64,000 bases of DNA from an uncultured Collinsella sp. (GCA_900759045.1 CAAETU010000048.1:10888-74887), one strand, 5' to 3'; positions 17,563-27,672 are shown, counted from the stretch's first letter. The notes: generated from the letters alone by a model not told the origin. Numbers and translations are program-made.

Positions 17563-20562
17563 ATGAGCGACATCATGAGGCCGATCCCGTTTTCGCAGCT
17601 GATGAACTGGATCATCGAGGAGCACAAGACTCAGGGCGCCGTCTTTGGCGTGCGCAAGATGGTCACGACCAACCAGGAGGGCGCGCTTCCCATTTTTGAC
17701 GAGCGCATCGAGACTCCGTTTGGCCCGGCCGCCGGTCCCAATACGCAGTTGGCCCAGAACATCGTGGCATCCTACGTGGCTGGTTCCCGCTTCTTTGAGC
17801 TCAAGACCGTTCAGGTTATGGACGGCGAGGAGCTCTCCAAGTGTGTCAACAAGCCCTGCATTGTGGCGCAGGACGAGTGCTACAACTGCGAGTGGTCGAC
17901 CGAGCTCGAGGTTCCGCAGGCTTTTGCCGAGTACGTGAAGGCATGGTTTGCCTGCCACCTGATCGCTCGCGAGTACGGCCTGGGCAGCCCGGACGGCTTT
18001 GTCTTCAACATGTCCGTGGGTTATGACCTGGAGGGCATCAAGAGCCCCAAGGTCGACGCCTACATCGAGGGCATGAAGGACGCCAGCGGCTCCGACGTCT
18101 GGAACGAGTGCCGCGCATGGGCGCTCGCTAACCTGGACAAGTTTGAGCATGTCGACGCCGCATTTGTCGAGTCCATCCCGGCACGCGTGTCCAACTCCAT
18201 CACCGAGTCTACCCTGCACGGCTGCCCGCCGGCGGAGATCGAGCGCATCGCGACCTATCTGATCACCGAGAAGGGCCTCAACACCTACATCAAGTGCAAC
18301 CCCACGCTGCTGGGCTATGAGTTTGCCCGCCAGCGCCTCGACGAGCTGGGCTTTGACTACATCGTCTTCGACGATACGCACTTCCGCGAGGACCTGCAGT
18401 GGGCCGATGCCGTGCCCATGTTCGAGCGCCTGATTGCCCTGTGCGCCGAGCGCGGCCTGGAGTTTGGCGTCAAGCTGACCAACACGTTCCCCGTCGACGT
18501 GACGAGAAACGAGCTGCCCTCCACCGAGATGTACATGTCCGGCCGTTCGCTGTTCTCGCTGACTATCGAGGCTGCCCGCCACATTACCGAGCAGTTCGAT
18601 GGCAAACTGCGCATCAGCTACTCCGGCGGCGCCACGGTCTACAACATCCGTGCCCTGTACGATGCCGGCATTTGGCCCGTCACCCTGGCGACCGACGTGC
18701 TCAAGCCCGGTGGCTACGAGCGCTTTAGCCAGATGACTGGCGAGTTCACCGATCTGGACGGCAAGCCGTTCGCGGGCGTCTCGCTCGAGGCCGTGACCGC
18801 GATTCAGACCGACTCGCTCACCAACCCGCTCTACAAGAAGCCGTTGCGCCCGCTGCCCGATCGCAAGGTCGCCGGCAAGAGCCCGCTTTCCGACTGTTTT
18901 ACCACGCCGTGCCGCACGAGCTGCCCCATCCAGCAGGATATTCCCGCCTACCTGGCGGCTGTTGACGAGGGCCGCTTCGAGGACGCCCTCAACATCATCG
19001 TCGAGCGCAACGCCCTGCCGTTCATTACCGGCACCATCTGCCCGCATCCCTGCGGCCGTGCCTGCGAGCGTGCGTTCTACGAGCCCGAGGGCGCCCAGAT
19101 CTGCGCCAGCAAGCTCAAGGCCGCCCGCGAGGCCATGACCGCCGTGCTGCCCAAGCTGCGCACCCAGGCCATCGCCAACGACGGCGAGCGCAACGTTGCC
19201 GTTATCGGCGGCGGCCCGGCCGGCCTGGCGACGGCGTTCTTCCTGACGCGCGCCGGCGTGCCTGTCACTATCTTTGAGGCCCGCGATTCGCTCGGCGGCG
19301 TGGTCCGTCATGTGATCCCCGAGTTCCGTATCGCCAGCGACGATATCTCCCACGATGCAGAGCTCTGCCTGGCCTTTGGTGCCAAGGTACAACTCAATGC
19401 TCGCGTGAAGTCCATCGATGAGCTCAAGGCCCAGGGCTTTACCGACGTGGTCGTGGCCACCGGTGCCTGGATGCCCGGCTCTGCGGGCCTGGGAGAGGGT
19501 GCCGAGCTCGACGTGCTGGAGTTCCTCGAGGCCGCCAAGAAGGGCGAGAAGCTCGAGCTGGGCGAGGACGTCGTCGTCATTGGCGCCGGCAACACCGCCA
19601 TGGATGCGGCCCGCGTGGCCAAGCGCCTGGCTGGTGTGAAGAACGTGCGCCTGGTGTATCGCCGCACCAAGAAGCAGATGCCCGCCGACGAGGAAGAGCT
19701 CGATCTTGCTCTTGCCGATGGCGTTGAGTTCTGCGAGCTGCTGGCGCCCAAGGCACTTAACGGCGCCGTGCTGACCTGCGATGTTATGGAGCTTGGCGAG
19801 CCAGATGCAAGCGGCCGTCGCAGCCCTGTCGCCACGGGCGAGACCGTTGAGCTTCCCGCCACCACGGTGATCTGCGCCGTGGGCGAGGGCATCGATGCCA
19901 GCCTGTACGACGCCGCGGGCGTTGAGCACGACCGTCGCGGCCGCCTTGCCGCCACCTCCACCGGCGTCGAGGGCGTCTGGGCTGCGGGCGACTGCCGTCG
20001 CGGTCCTGCCACCGTGGTCGAGGCTATTGCCGACGCCGCCGAGGTCGCCCGTGCCATCGCCGGCGTGGACTTTAACAAGTACGCCGATTGCAACGAGCAG
20101 GCTGGCCGCGAGGGCACCTGCTACGAGCGCAAGGGGTCGCTGTGCCGCGACAAGCGCAACTGCACCAAGACCCGCTGCCTGGGCTGCGGCTCGGTGTGCG
20201 AGGTCTGCTGCGACGTGTGCCCCAACCGCGCCAACGTGGCCATTAAGGTGCCGGGCCTGGCCAAGCATCAGGTCGTCCACGTCGACGGTATGTGCAACGA
20301 GTGCGGCAACTGCGCCGTGTTCTGCCCCTACCAGGAGGGCCGTCCCTACAAGGACAAGCTCACCCTGTTCTGGAGCGAGGAGGACATGGAGAACTCCGAG
20401 AACGAGGGCTTCCTGGCCGTGGACGAGGACCACTTTAAGGTCCGCGTCGCCGGCACGGTCCGCACCGTCTCGGTCGATGCCGTCAACACCGGTCTGCCCG
20501 AGGCCGTCCGCCTGACCATCAGGGCCGTGCGCGACAACTATTCGTACCTTCTTAAGAAATAG
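17563..20562 (+). CDS. ygfK: Fe-S flavoprotein oxidoreductase YgfK
   Basis: MSDIMRP, GPAAGPNTQLAQN, YIKCNPTLLG, GGGPAG, GAGNTAMD, C-terminal ferredoxin clusters. Confidence 0.95.
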   Translation: MSDIMRPIPFSQLMNWIIEEHKTQGAVFGVRKMVTTNQEGALPIFDERIETPFGPAAGPNTQLAQNIVASYVAGSRFFELKTVQVMDGEELSKCVNKPCIVAQDECYNCEWSTELEVPQAFAEYVKAWFACHLIAREYGLGSPDGFVFNMSVGYDLEGIKSPKVDAYIEGMKDASGSDVWNECRAWALANLDKFEHVDAAFVESIPARVSNSITESTLHGCPPAEIERIATYLITEKGLNTYIKCNPTLLGYEFARQRLDELGFDYIVFDDTHFREDLQWADAVPMFERLIALCAERGLEFGVKLTNTFPVDVTRNELPSTEMYMSGRSLFSLTIEAARHITEQFDGKLRISYSGGATVYNIRALYDAGIWPVTLATDVLKPGGYERFSQMTGEFTDLDGKPFAGVSLEAVTAIQTDSLTNPLYKKPLRPLPDRKVAGKSPLSDCFTTPCRTSCPIQQDIPAYLAAVDEGRFEDALNIIVERNALPFITGTICPHPCGRACERAFYEPEGAQICASKLKAAREAMTAVLPKLRTQAIANDGERNVAVIGGGPAGLATAFFLTRAGVPVTIFEARDSLGGVVRHVIPEFRIASDDISHDAELCLAFGAKVQLNARVKSIDELKAQGFTDVVVATGAWMPGSAGLGEGAELDVLEFLEAAKKGEKLELGEDVVVIGAGNTAMDAARVAKRLAGVKNVRLVYRRTKKQMPADEEELDLALADGVEFCELLAPKALNGAVLTCDVMELGEPDASGRRSPVATGETVELPATTVICAVGEGIDASLYDAAGVEHDRRGRLAATSTGVEGVWAAGDCRRGPATVVEAIADAAEVARAIAGVDFNKYADCNEQAGREGTCYERKGSLCRDKRNCTKTRCLGCGSVCEVCCDVCPNRANVAIKVPGLAKHQVVHVDGMCNECGNCAVFCPYQEGRPYKDKLTLFWSEEDMENSENEGFLAVDEDHFKVRVAGTVRTVSVDAVNTGLPEAVRLTIRAVRDNYSYLLKK

Positions 20563-20573
20563 GCGAGTCTCTT

Positions 20574-21053
20574 ATGGCCAAATCCATTCAACATCACGTG
20601 GCCTACGTTGCCTGCGGAAGCGGCTGTGCTTCCGCAGGCGGCGACGCCCGCTGCAGCGAAGGCTGCATTGGCTGTGGCGCCTGCGTTACGGCCTGCCCCC
20701 ACGGTGCCATCGCGCTGGTCGACGGCGTCGCCCGCGTGGACCGCTCCAAGTGCACGGGCTGTGGCCTGTGCGGCATGGCGTGCCCGCAGCGCGTGATTGC
20801 CTTCGTTCCCGGCTACCAGAACATCCTGGTGCGCTGCAACAACACCGATAAGGGCGCCATTGCGCGCAAGATCTGCGACACCAGCTGCATCGGTTGCGGC
20901 ATGTGCGCCAAAAAGTGCCCTGCCGGCGCTATCCGCATCGAGGACAACTGCGCCCATATCGACGGCACGGACTGCCTGTCGTGCGGCATGTGCGCCGTCG
21001 TCTGCCCGCATGGCGCCATCCACGACCGCACCGGTATCGCCGCCGGCGTGTAG
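20574..21053 (+). CDS. Polyferredoxin (four CxxCxxCxxxCP motifs; RnfB C-terminal-like)
   Basis: Four 4Fe-4S binding motifs. Confidence 0.88.
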   Translation: MAKSIQHHVAYVACGSGCASAGGDARCSEGCIGCGACVTACPHGAIALVDGVARVDRSKCTGCGLCGMACPQRVIAFVPGYQNILVRCNNTDKGAIARKICDTSCIGCGMCAKKCPAGAIRIEDNCAHIDGTDCLSCGMCAVVCPHGAIHDRTGIAAGV

Positions 21054-21065
21054 AAGGGAATCACC

Positions 21066-23843
21066 ATGGCACAGGAATTCACTTTTACCGTTAACGGCGT
21101 CGAGCACACGACGACCCAAAACAAACCGCTGCTGCGCTATCTGCGCGACGACCTGCACATTCACTCCGCCAAGGACGGCTGCTCCGAGGGCGCCTGCGGC
21201 ACCTGCACCATCCATGTGGACGGTGCGGCCGTCAAGGCGTGCGTGCTGACCACCGCCCTTGCCGCCGGCCGCGACATCGTGACTGTCGAGGGCCTGCCCG
21301 AGAACGTGCGCGAGGCGTTTGTGTACGCCTTTGGCGCCGTGGGCGCCGTGCAGTGCGGCTTTTGTATCCCCGGTATGGTCATGGCGGGTGCAGCGCTCAT
21401 CGCCGAGGATCCCGAGCCTACCGAGGAGCAGATCAAGTACGCCATCCGCGGCAATGTTTGCCGCTGCACCGGCTACAAAAAGATTATCGAGGGCATTGCG
21501 CTGGCCGCTGCGGTGCTCCGCGGCGAAAAGCAGATCGACGAGGATCTGGAGCGCGGCGACGACTACGGCGTGGGCAAGCGCGCCTTCCGTATTGACGTGC
21601 GCAAGAAGGTGCTCGGCGAGGGCAAGTACCCCGACGACATCGACGAGATCGACCAGCCGGGCCTGACCTACGCCAGCGCCGTGCGCTCCAAGTATCCGCG
21701 TGCCCGCGTGCTCTCCATCGATACCTCCAAGGCCGAGGCCCTACCCGGTGTGGTTGGCATCCTGCGCGCCGAGGACGTGCCGGTCAACCAGGTCGGCCAC
21801 CTTATCCAGGACTGGGACGTCATGATCGCCCAGGGCGACATCACCCGCTGCGTGGGCGATGCCATCGTGCTGGTGGTTGCCGAGGACGAGGCGACGCTCG
21901 AGAAGGCCAAGAAGCTCGTAAAGATTGATTACGAGCCGCTGGAGCCCGTGCGCAACATCGCCGAGGCCAGGTCTGCCGACGCCCCGCGCCTGCACGACAG
22001 CTTCTTTGCCTTTGGCAACACGGTGGAGCTCAAGGACAACGTGTGTCAGAGCCGTCACGTGACGCGCGGCGACGCCGCCAAGGCGCTGGCAGAGAGCGCG
22101 TTTACCGTGACGCAGCGCTTTACCACGCCCTTTACCGAGCATGCCTTCTTGGAGCCCGAGTGCGCCGTTGCCTTCCCGTACAAGAACGGCGTCAAGGTGC
22201 AGTCGACCGACCAGGGTGCCTACGACACGCGCAAAGAGTGTGCCCATATGTTTGGCTGGGATAGCGAACCCGAGCGCGTGGTCGTCGAGACCATGCTCGT
22301 GGGCAGCGGCTTTGGCGGTAAGGAGGACGTTTCGATCCAGCACCTGGCCGCGCTTGCTGCCTATAAGTTCCAGCGTCCTGTGAAGTGCAAGCTCACGCGT
22401 GCCGAGTCGCTCGCGTTCCATCCCAAGCGTCATGCCATGGACGGTACCTTTACGCTGGGTTGCGACGCCGAGGGCAACTTTACCGGCCTGGATTGCGAGA
22501 TCAACTTTGACACCGGCGCCTACGCGTCGCTGTGCGGCCCGGTGCTCGAGCGCGCTTGCACGCATGCTGTCGGCCCCTACAAGTACCAGAACACCGACAT
22601 TCGCGGTTATGGCTACTACACCAACAACCCGCCCGCCGGCGCGTACCGTGGCTTTGGCGTCTGCCAGTCCGAGTTTGCGCTCGAGAGCCTAATCGACCTG
22701 CTGGCCGAGAAGGTCGGCCTGGATCCGTGGGAGATTCGCTACCGCAACGCCATCGAGCCGGGCGAGGTTTTGCCCAACGGTCAGATTGCCGACTGCTCCA
22801 CGGCGCTGAAGGAGACACTGCTCGAGGTCAAGGATGCCTACTATGCGCATCCCGGACACGCCGGCATTGCCTGCGCCATGAAGAACGCCGGCGTGGGCGT
22901 GGGCCTGCCCGATGCCGGCCGCTGCAAGATTCGCATCGAGAACGGCGCGGCCGTGGTCTATGCCGCCACGTCCGACATTGGCCAGGGCTGTAACACCGTC
23001 TTTTTGCAAGACGTTGCCGAGGCATGCGGCCTGCCGCTTCGCTGCATCGCCAACGGCGAGTGCTCCACCGAGAACGCTCCCGACTCCGGCACCACGTCTG
23101 GCTCGCGTCAGACGGTCGTGACCGGCGAGGCCGTGCGCGGTGCCGCCTTCCTGCTGCGCGATGCCATGCTTGATATCGAGGCCGGCAAGTCTGCGCCCGC
23201 CGCTCCCGTGAGTGCGCATGGCGACGGCGTCAAGATCGAGTATGACGACGGCCGCGCCTATCAGCTGCACACGCAGGAACTCGTCGCCGGCCAGGGTATG
23301 CACCCTCAGGATCCCGCGGCCGCCATCAAGGCGCTCGAGGGATGCGAGTTTGGCTACGTGTACCTGGAGCCGACCGACAAACTGGGCGCCGACGTTCCCA
23401 ATCCCAAGAGCCACATCTGCTACGGCTTTGCCACGCATGTGGTCATTCTGGATGATGACGGTCGCGTGAGCGAGGTCTATGCCGCGCACGATTCCGGCAA
23501 GGTGGTCAACCCCATCTCCATCCAGGGTCAGATCGAAGGCGGTGTGCTCATGGGTATGGGCTATGCGCTTACCGAGGACTGGCCGCTCAAGGACTGCGTA
23601 CCCCAGGCAAGGTACGGTACGCTCGGGCTGTTCCGTGCGCCCGAGATTCCGAATATCCACGCCATCTACGTGGAGAAGGACGAGCTGTTGCCCGTGGCAT
23701 ACGGCGGCAAGGGCATCGGTGAGATCGCAACGATTCCCACGGCGCCCGCCGTACAGAACGCCTATCGCGCATTCGACGGCAAGCTGCGTCCGGATCTGCC
23801 CATGGTGGATACGCCGTACAGCCGCGTTCGCAACCGCGGGTAG
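21066..23843 (+). CDS. xdh: Selenium-dependent xanthine dehydrogenase-family molybdoenzyme ([2Fe-2S] and Mo domains fused)
   Basis: GCSEGACGTC, QCGFC...NVCRCTGY, GFGGKED, AYRGFG, GQIEGG, KGIGE; yqeB/yqeC in the window. Confidence 0.92.
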   Translation: MAQEFTFTVNGVEHTTTQNKPLLRYLRDDLHIHSAKDGCSEGACGTCTIHVDGAAVKACVLTTALAAGRDIVTVEGLPENVREAFVYAFGAVGAVQCGFCIPGMVMAGAALIAEDPEPTEEQIKYAIRGNVCRCTGYKKIIEGIALAAAVLRGEKQIDEDLERGDDYGVGKRAFRIDVRKKVLGEGKYPDDIDEIDQPGLTYASAVRSKYPRARVLSIDTSKAEALPGVVGILRAEDVPVNQVGHLIQDWDVMIAQGDITRCVGDAIVLVVAEDEATLEKAKKLVKIDYEPLEPVRNIAEARSADAPRLHDSFFAFGNTVELKDNVCQSRHVTRGDAAKALAESAFTVTQRFTTPFTEHAFLEPECAVAFPYKNGVKVQSTDQGAYDTRKECAHMFGWDSEPERVVVETMLVGSGFGGKEDVSIQHLAALAAYKFQRPVKCKLTRAESLAFHPKRHAMDGTFTLGCDAEGNFTGLDCEINFDTGAYASLCGPVLERACTHAVGPYKYQNTDIRGYGYYTNNPPAGAYRGFGVCQSEFALESLIDLLAEKVGLDPWEIRYRNAIEPGEVLPNGQIADCSTALKETLLEVKDAYYAHPGHAGIACAMKNAGVGVGLPDAGRCKIRIENGAAVVYAATSDIGQGCNTVFLQDVAEACGLPLRCIANGECSTENAPDSGTTSGSRQTVVTGEAVRGAAFLLRDAMLDIEAGKSAPAAPVSAHGDGVKIEYDDGRAYQLHTQELVAGQGMHPQDPAAAIKALEGCEFGYVYLEPTDKLGADVPNPKSHICYGFATHVVILDDDGRVSEVYAAHDSGKVVNPISIQGQIEGGVLMGMGYALTEDWPLKDCVPQARYGTLGLFRAPEIPNIHAIYVEKDELLPVAYGGKGIGEIATIPTAPAVQNAYRAFDGKLRPDLPMVDTPYSRVRNRG

Positions 23844-23912
23844 GGTGGGGTGCGGACGACCATTGCTGATGGGCTGTTCGCGCTCAACATCAACTGTATA
23901 TGCTGCGCCTTT

Positions 23913-23948
23913 GGCCCCAGCTCCATCGCGAGTCGGGGCCTTTTGTTT
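23913..23948 (+). terminator. Probable terminator after xdh
   Basis: GGCCCCAGCTC...GAGTCGGGGCC followed by TTTTGTTT. Confidence 0.6.
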
Positions 23949-23952
23949 GGAG

Positions 23953-24277
23953 CGGAGGCCGCGTCTCGGAATCCAGTCTCGGAACGGGACGCACTTTCCG
24001 GATCGGTCCTCAACCGGAAGCTGCGTCCCGGAATCATGCCTCAGAGTGGGATGCGCTTTCCGCTAACCGCTCACTTGGAAAGTGCATCCCAGTTTGAGCG
24101 TTTATTCCGGGATGCGGTTTCCCCTGAAGGACTCAACCGGAAAGCACGACCCGTTCCGAGACCTGATTCCGGGACACGCTTTCCGCTAGGCCCGCCATCC
24201 GGAAAGTGCGTCCCGTTTTGAGCGTCCAGAATGGGACGCGCTTTCCGTTGGCGTGGCCGTTGGGAAAACGCGGCCCA
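23953..24277. repeat. Palindromic array A: five 48-bp units plus a half unit, ~62-bp period
   Basis: CGGAAA-N2-GCGTCCC-N18-GGGA(C/T)GC-N2-TTTCCG at 23953, 24015, 24076, 24138, 24200. Confidence 0.92.
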
Positions 24278-24318
24278 GATAGGGGGGTGCGATCCGGCGA
24301 TGCGCGGCCTAGCAGCTC

Positions 24319-25317
24319 CTACAGCTCCACTTCATTGAGCCATGTCGGCAGCGCGGTCTGCCGGATGCCTGCCGTCTGCAGCTTTTTGGCGAGCATTCCT
24401 TCCGAGCGGACCTCGTTCATGGTAAAGCGCAGCAGAGGGTGGCCGTAGAGCGATAGGTGCGCCTCGCGCTGTCGTTCGGCAACGAGCGCCTCGGCGGTGG
24501 TGCGTCCGGCCAGCATGGTCTGGTCGGTATATTTGATGAGCCCGTCGAGCTCGCCCAGCGTGAGTTCCCGCGCCTGGCGCTCCCAGGCAAAGTCCGTTCG
24601 TATGGGCTTGGCCGAATCGAAGGGGTCCGTCAGCTCGTATTGAAGCCAGTCGGGCGCAAAGCCCGTCTCGATCATGACGGCTCGGGCGACCGATTCCCCG
24701 CCGCTCTCGGCGCGGGCGTCGGCATATCGAAGCGTGGTGAGAGCCGTACGAATCGCGCGACCATTGCGGGCGGTCGCTCGTTGCTCGACGGCCTCCATCA
24801 ACTGCTCTCGCGTAAGGCCGAGCTTTGAGATCGCCGAATCGGCAATGGGCATGCCGTCGGCAAAACCAGTTTGCAGCAGGCAATCGGTGGCCGTTTTGAT
24901 GGGCGGCGTTACCGATATGCCGGCTCTGCGTATTGCTCCGGCCGGCTCAATCTGGTGTCGCTGAATATGTGCGCCCGGACGAGCCGACGGCTTTGTCGAG
25001 CTGCAAACATGCACGACGTTCAGGTGTCGCCACGAGACCTCGAGCCCCAGCAGGCAAGCTGCCGAAAACGAGCAGAACGTCCAATCGGGGTGGATGATCG
25101 CAAGGGCGCGGATAATCTCGCAATGGCGTTGCGCTCGGTTGAGTTCATCCCAGCGCGTTTTTCGCGCAAACAACCCCGGCATGGGCGAGACAACCGTGCC
25201 GCCGGTGCGCCGAAGGAGCGCTTTTCGGATCGCCGTGCTCGGGGGAATCAGACAGCGCCCCTCTTGTTCGGCTTGGTTCAACAGCTGGTCGATGAGTTGG
25301 TCATTGCAATGGGTCAT
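24319..25317 (-). CDS. Actinobacterial AbiEi-like N-terminal / DUF559(Vsr)-like nuclease C-terminal protein
   Basis: FCSFSAACLLGL, VTPPIKTATDC, AESGGESVAR, RTDFAW, GELDGLIKY, ERQRE, LRFT; AGGAGG RBS. Confidence 0.72.
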   Translation of the reverse strand: MTHCNDQLIDQLLNQAEQEGRCLIPPSTAIRKALLRRTGGTVVSPMPGLFARKTRWDELNRAQRHCEIIRALAIIHPDWTFCSFSAACLLGLEVSWRHLNVVHVCSSTKPSARPGAHIQRHQIEPAGAIRRAGISVTPPIKTATDCLLQTGFADGMPIADSAISKLGLTREQLMEAVEQRATARNGRAIRTALTTLRYADARAESGGESVARAVMIETGFAPDWLQYELTDPFDSAKPIRTDFAWERQARELTLGELDGLIKYTDQTMLAGRTTAEALVAERQREAHLSLYGHPLLRFTMNEVRSEGMLAKKLQTAGIRQTALPTWLNEVEL

Positions 25318-25613
25318 GAGCTACCGCCTCCTTTTGGGTAGCAAAAACGTATCAGCTGGAACTTGCCGCTCAGCTGGCCAAAAGCTGACCAAAATCTAAC
25401 CATGCAGGTAGATGACCTGCTTTTGGCGACATATTTCTTGTTTGAATCGGTGGGCGGTAATCGGCGACCGTGAACGGTAGCTGGATATGAAGTCTTGGTA
25501 AGTTTCAGGACGTGTACTTTTCCGAAAAAGAGCAATCTATCTGCTGTTTTGTGTTTCTGGACCGCATATTTGAAGGCATGTGATAAGGGCGGCGGACTGT
25601 CGCCTTGTATCTG

Positions 25614-25784
25614 CGGAAACTGTGTCCCGGAATGAGCGCTCGGAATGGGATGCATTTTCCGGTAGAAGCTTCAGCGGAAACCGCATCCCAGAATTCAGGA
25701 TCAGAGCGGGAAGCGCTTTCCGGATGGCATGCTTGGCGGAAACTACGTCCCAGTTTTTGGCTCCAGAACGGGATACATTTTCCG
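25614..25784. repeat. Palindromic array B: three 48-bp units
   Basis: Units at 25614, 25675, 25737 with the same consensus as array A. Confidence 0.92.
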
Positions 25785-25838
25785 GAACGGTCCACGTGCG
25801 GTGGTATACCGCCCCTTTTGCGTGCGTCGCTTGTCGAA

Positions 25839-25894
25839 TTACGTTATAGCTAGCTATATTATAGGACGGTATAATATAGCTAGCTATAACGTAA
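25839..25894. promoter_or_regulatory. 25-bp perfect inverted repeat overlapping a TATAAT; probable operator/promoter of the ATPase gene
   Basis: TTACGTTATAGCTAGCTATATTATA-GGACGG-TATAATATAGCTAGCTATAACGTAA, directly before AAGGAAGG RBS. Confidence 0.75.
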
Positions 25895-25909
25895 AGGAAG
25901 GATGGCCCT

Positions 25910-27316
25910 ATGTTTATCGGAAGAACGGCGGAAATGTCCGAGCTCAATCGACTGTATGGCACGGGCTCCTTTGAGATGCCTGTGATTTACGGCCGCCGTC
26001 GCGTGGGTAAAACGCGCCTTATCACAGAGTTCATCCAAGGCAAGAAGGCTATTTACTTTCAAGCTCGTCGTAGCAATGCGGAGGCAAACCTGCACGGCTT
26101 TAGCCAGGCGATACTTGCAGGCTCGGTTGGTGCTGCAGGCGTGTCGTTTCGTAGTCTTGACGAAGCGTTCGATGTATTGGCCACCATGGCTCGCGCGGAA
26201 CGTTTGATTGTCGTGATTGACGAGTATCCCTATCTCGCCCAATCGAATCCCGAGATCAGCTCGTTGCTGCAAGACAAGATTGATCACCTGTACAAAGAGA
26301 CCAGGCTCATGCTTATCCTGTGCGGGTCGTCGCTTTCGTTCATGGAAGAGCAGGTGCTGGGCTACGAGAGCCCGCTATACGGTAGGCGTACGGCCCAGTT
26401 TAAGATCATGCCGCTCGATTTTACGACGACCCTCGGCCTGTGGCGGGGCATGAGTCGCGAAGACGCTGCAGTTTGCTATGGCATGACGGGCGGCATTCCT
26501 GCATATATCGAGAAAGTCGATCCTGCCGCACCGCTCAAGGACAACATCAAACGTCTTTTTCTTACTCCTACGGGCTATCTCTTTGAGGAGCCGAGTAACC
26601 TGCTATTGCAAGAGTGCCGCAATCCCGAGCAATATGATGCGATCGTGCAAGCAATTGCTCAGGGGCGCTCGAAGATCTCGGAGATTGCGAGCTCTACGGG
26701 AATCCCTGCGAGCAACGTAAAGGGCTATGTGGATAAGCTGGCGTCGCTTGGGATTGTCGAGCGCGAGCTGCCCCTAAACGAGACGAGCAATAAGCGAGCC
26801 GTGTATCTGCTGAGCGACCAGATGTTTAGGTTCTGGTACAAGTTTGTTCCGCAGAACATCGGGCTGATTCAAAACGATATGGCCGAGATGGCGTATAAGC
26901 GTATTGAGCCGTACGTATCGGATTACATGGGTACGGTCTTTGAGCTTATATGCAGGCAATATGTTTACGAACTCGCGCGCGCGGGCCGGCTCGATGTGGT
27001 TCCGGCGAGCGTCGGGCGCTGGTGGGGGACGGATAATCGCACGCATGCGCAGGAAGAAATCGACTTGATTGTTGACGATGGCGAGGGCACTGCGCTGTTT
27101 GCGGAGTGCAAATGGCGCAGTGAACCGGTAGGCGAGGATGTTCTGGAAAAGCTCGTGTACCGAAGCGAGCTCTTTAGGCGGCAGCATAAAAGCTACGTGA
27201 TCTTCTCGAAGCGTGGCTTTACGCAAGGATGTCAGGAAGCTGCGGCGAGCAGGGGAGATGCCAAGCTGATTTCGTTTGCCGAGATGTGCGAGCGGGATAA
27301 CGCTGCTCGGGGGTAA
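25910..27316 (+). CDS. Archaeal-type ATPase with wHTH and DUF234/PD-(D/E)XK nuclease C-terminus
   Basis: MFIGR, Walker A YGRRRVGKT, Walker B VIDEYPY, LCGSS, GGIPAY, FRFWY, EIDLI...FAECKW. Confidence 0.9.
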   Translation: MFIGRTAEMSELNRLYGTGSFEMPVIYGRRRVGKTRLITEFIQGKKAIYFQARRSNAEANLHGFSQAILAGSVGAAGVSFRSLDEAFDVLATMARAERLIVVIDEYPYLAQSNPEISSLLQDKIDHLYKETRLMLILCGSSLSFMEEQVLGYESPLYGRRTAQFKIMPLDFTTTLGLWRGMSREDAAVCYGMTGGIPAYIEKVDPAAPLKDNIKRLFLTPTGYLFEEPSNLLLQECRNPEQYDAIVQAIAQGRSKISEIASSTGIPASNVKGYVDKLASLGIVERELPLNETSNKRAVYLLSDQMFRFWYKFVPQNIGLIQNDMAEMAYKRIEPYVSDYMGTVFELICRQYVYELARAGRLDVVPASVGRWWGTDNRTHAQEEIDLIVDDGEGTALFAECKWRSEPVGEDVLEKLVYRSELFRRQHKSYVIFSKRGFTQGCQEAAASRGDAKLISFAEMCERDNAARG

Positions 27317-27370
27317 AGCCTGTCCTCGAATGGCTGGAACGGGGCCCTCTGTTGTCGTACTGGCTGCCAG

Positions 27371-27672
27371 CGGAAATTGCATCCCGGAATGAGCGCTCAG
27401 ACTGGGACGCACTTTCCGGATCGGCCCTCAAGAGGAAGATGCGTCCCGGATTCTGGCTCCAGAGTGGGATGCCGTTTCCGGTTGAGGTCTCTGGCGGAAG
27501 CTGTATTCCGGAATCGAGCTTCAGAGTGGGACGTGCTTTCCCGTCAGGAGCTCAAGTGGAAACTGCGTCCCGGATTCAAGCCTCGGAATGGGACGTGCTT
27601 TCCGGATGGGCTTCAAGCGGAAACTGTGTCCCAGAATCGGCATGGCTTCAAGTGGAAAGCGCGTCTTAGAAT
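27371..27672. repeat. Palindromic array C: four 48-bp units plus two half units
   Basis: Units at 27371, 27433, 27495, 27557; left arms at 27618, 27653. Confidence 0.92.

Noticed and set aside
17410..20433. Long antisense ORFs (1007 aa opposite ygfK; similar ones opposite rlhA, ygeY, secY, rpoA and others)
   Set aside because: Shadow frames caused by high GC3 codon bias of the real genes; no motifs or RBS.
16058..23843. Selenocysteine (UGA) recoding in the selenium-linked genes
   Set aside because: All frames are open to normal stops with no in-frame TGA; this system uses a labile Se cofactor.
24319..25317. Complete type IV toxin-antitoxin (AbiE) pair
   Set aside because: No adjacent nucleotidyltransferase toxin; neighbours are repeat arrays.
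23953..27672. Arrays A-C as CRISPR arrays
   Set aside because: Units are degenerate and change polarity, variable parts are only 13-18 nt, and there is no leader or cas gene.
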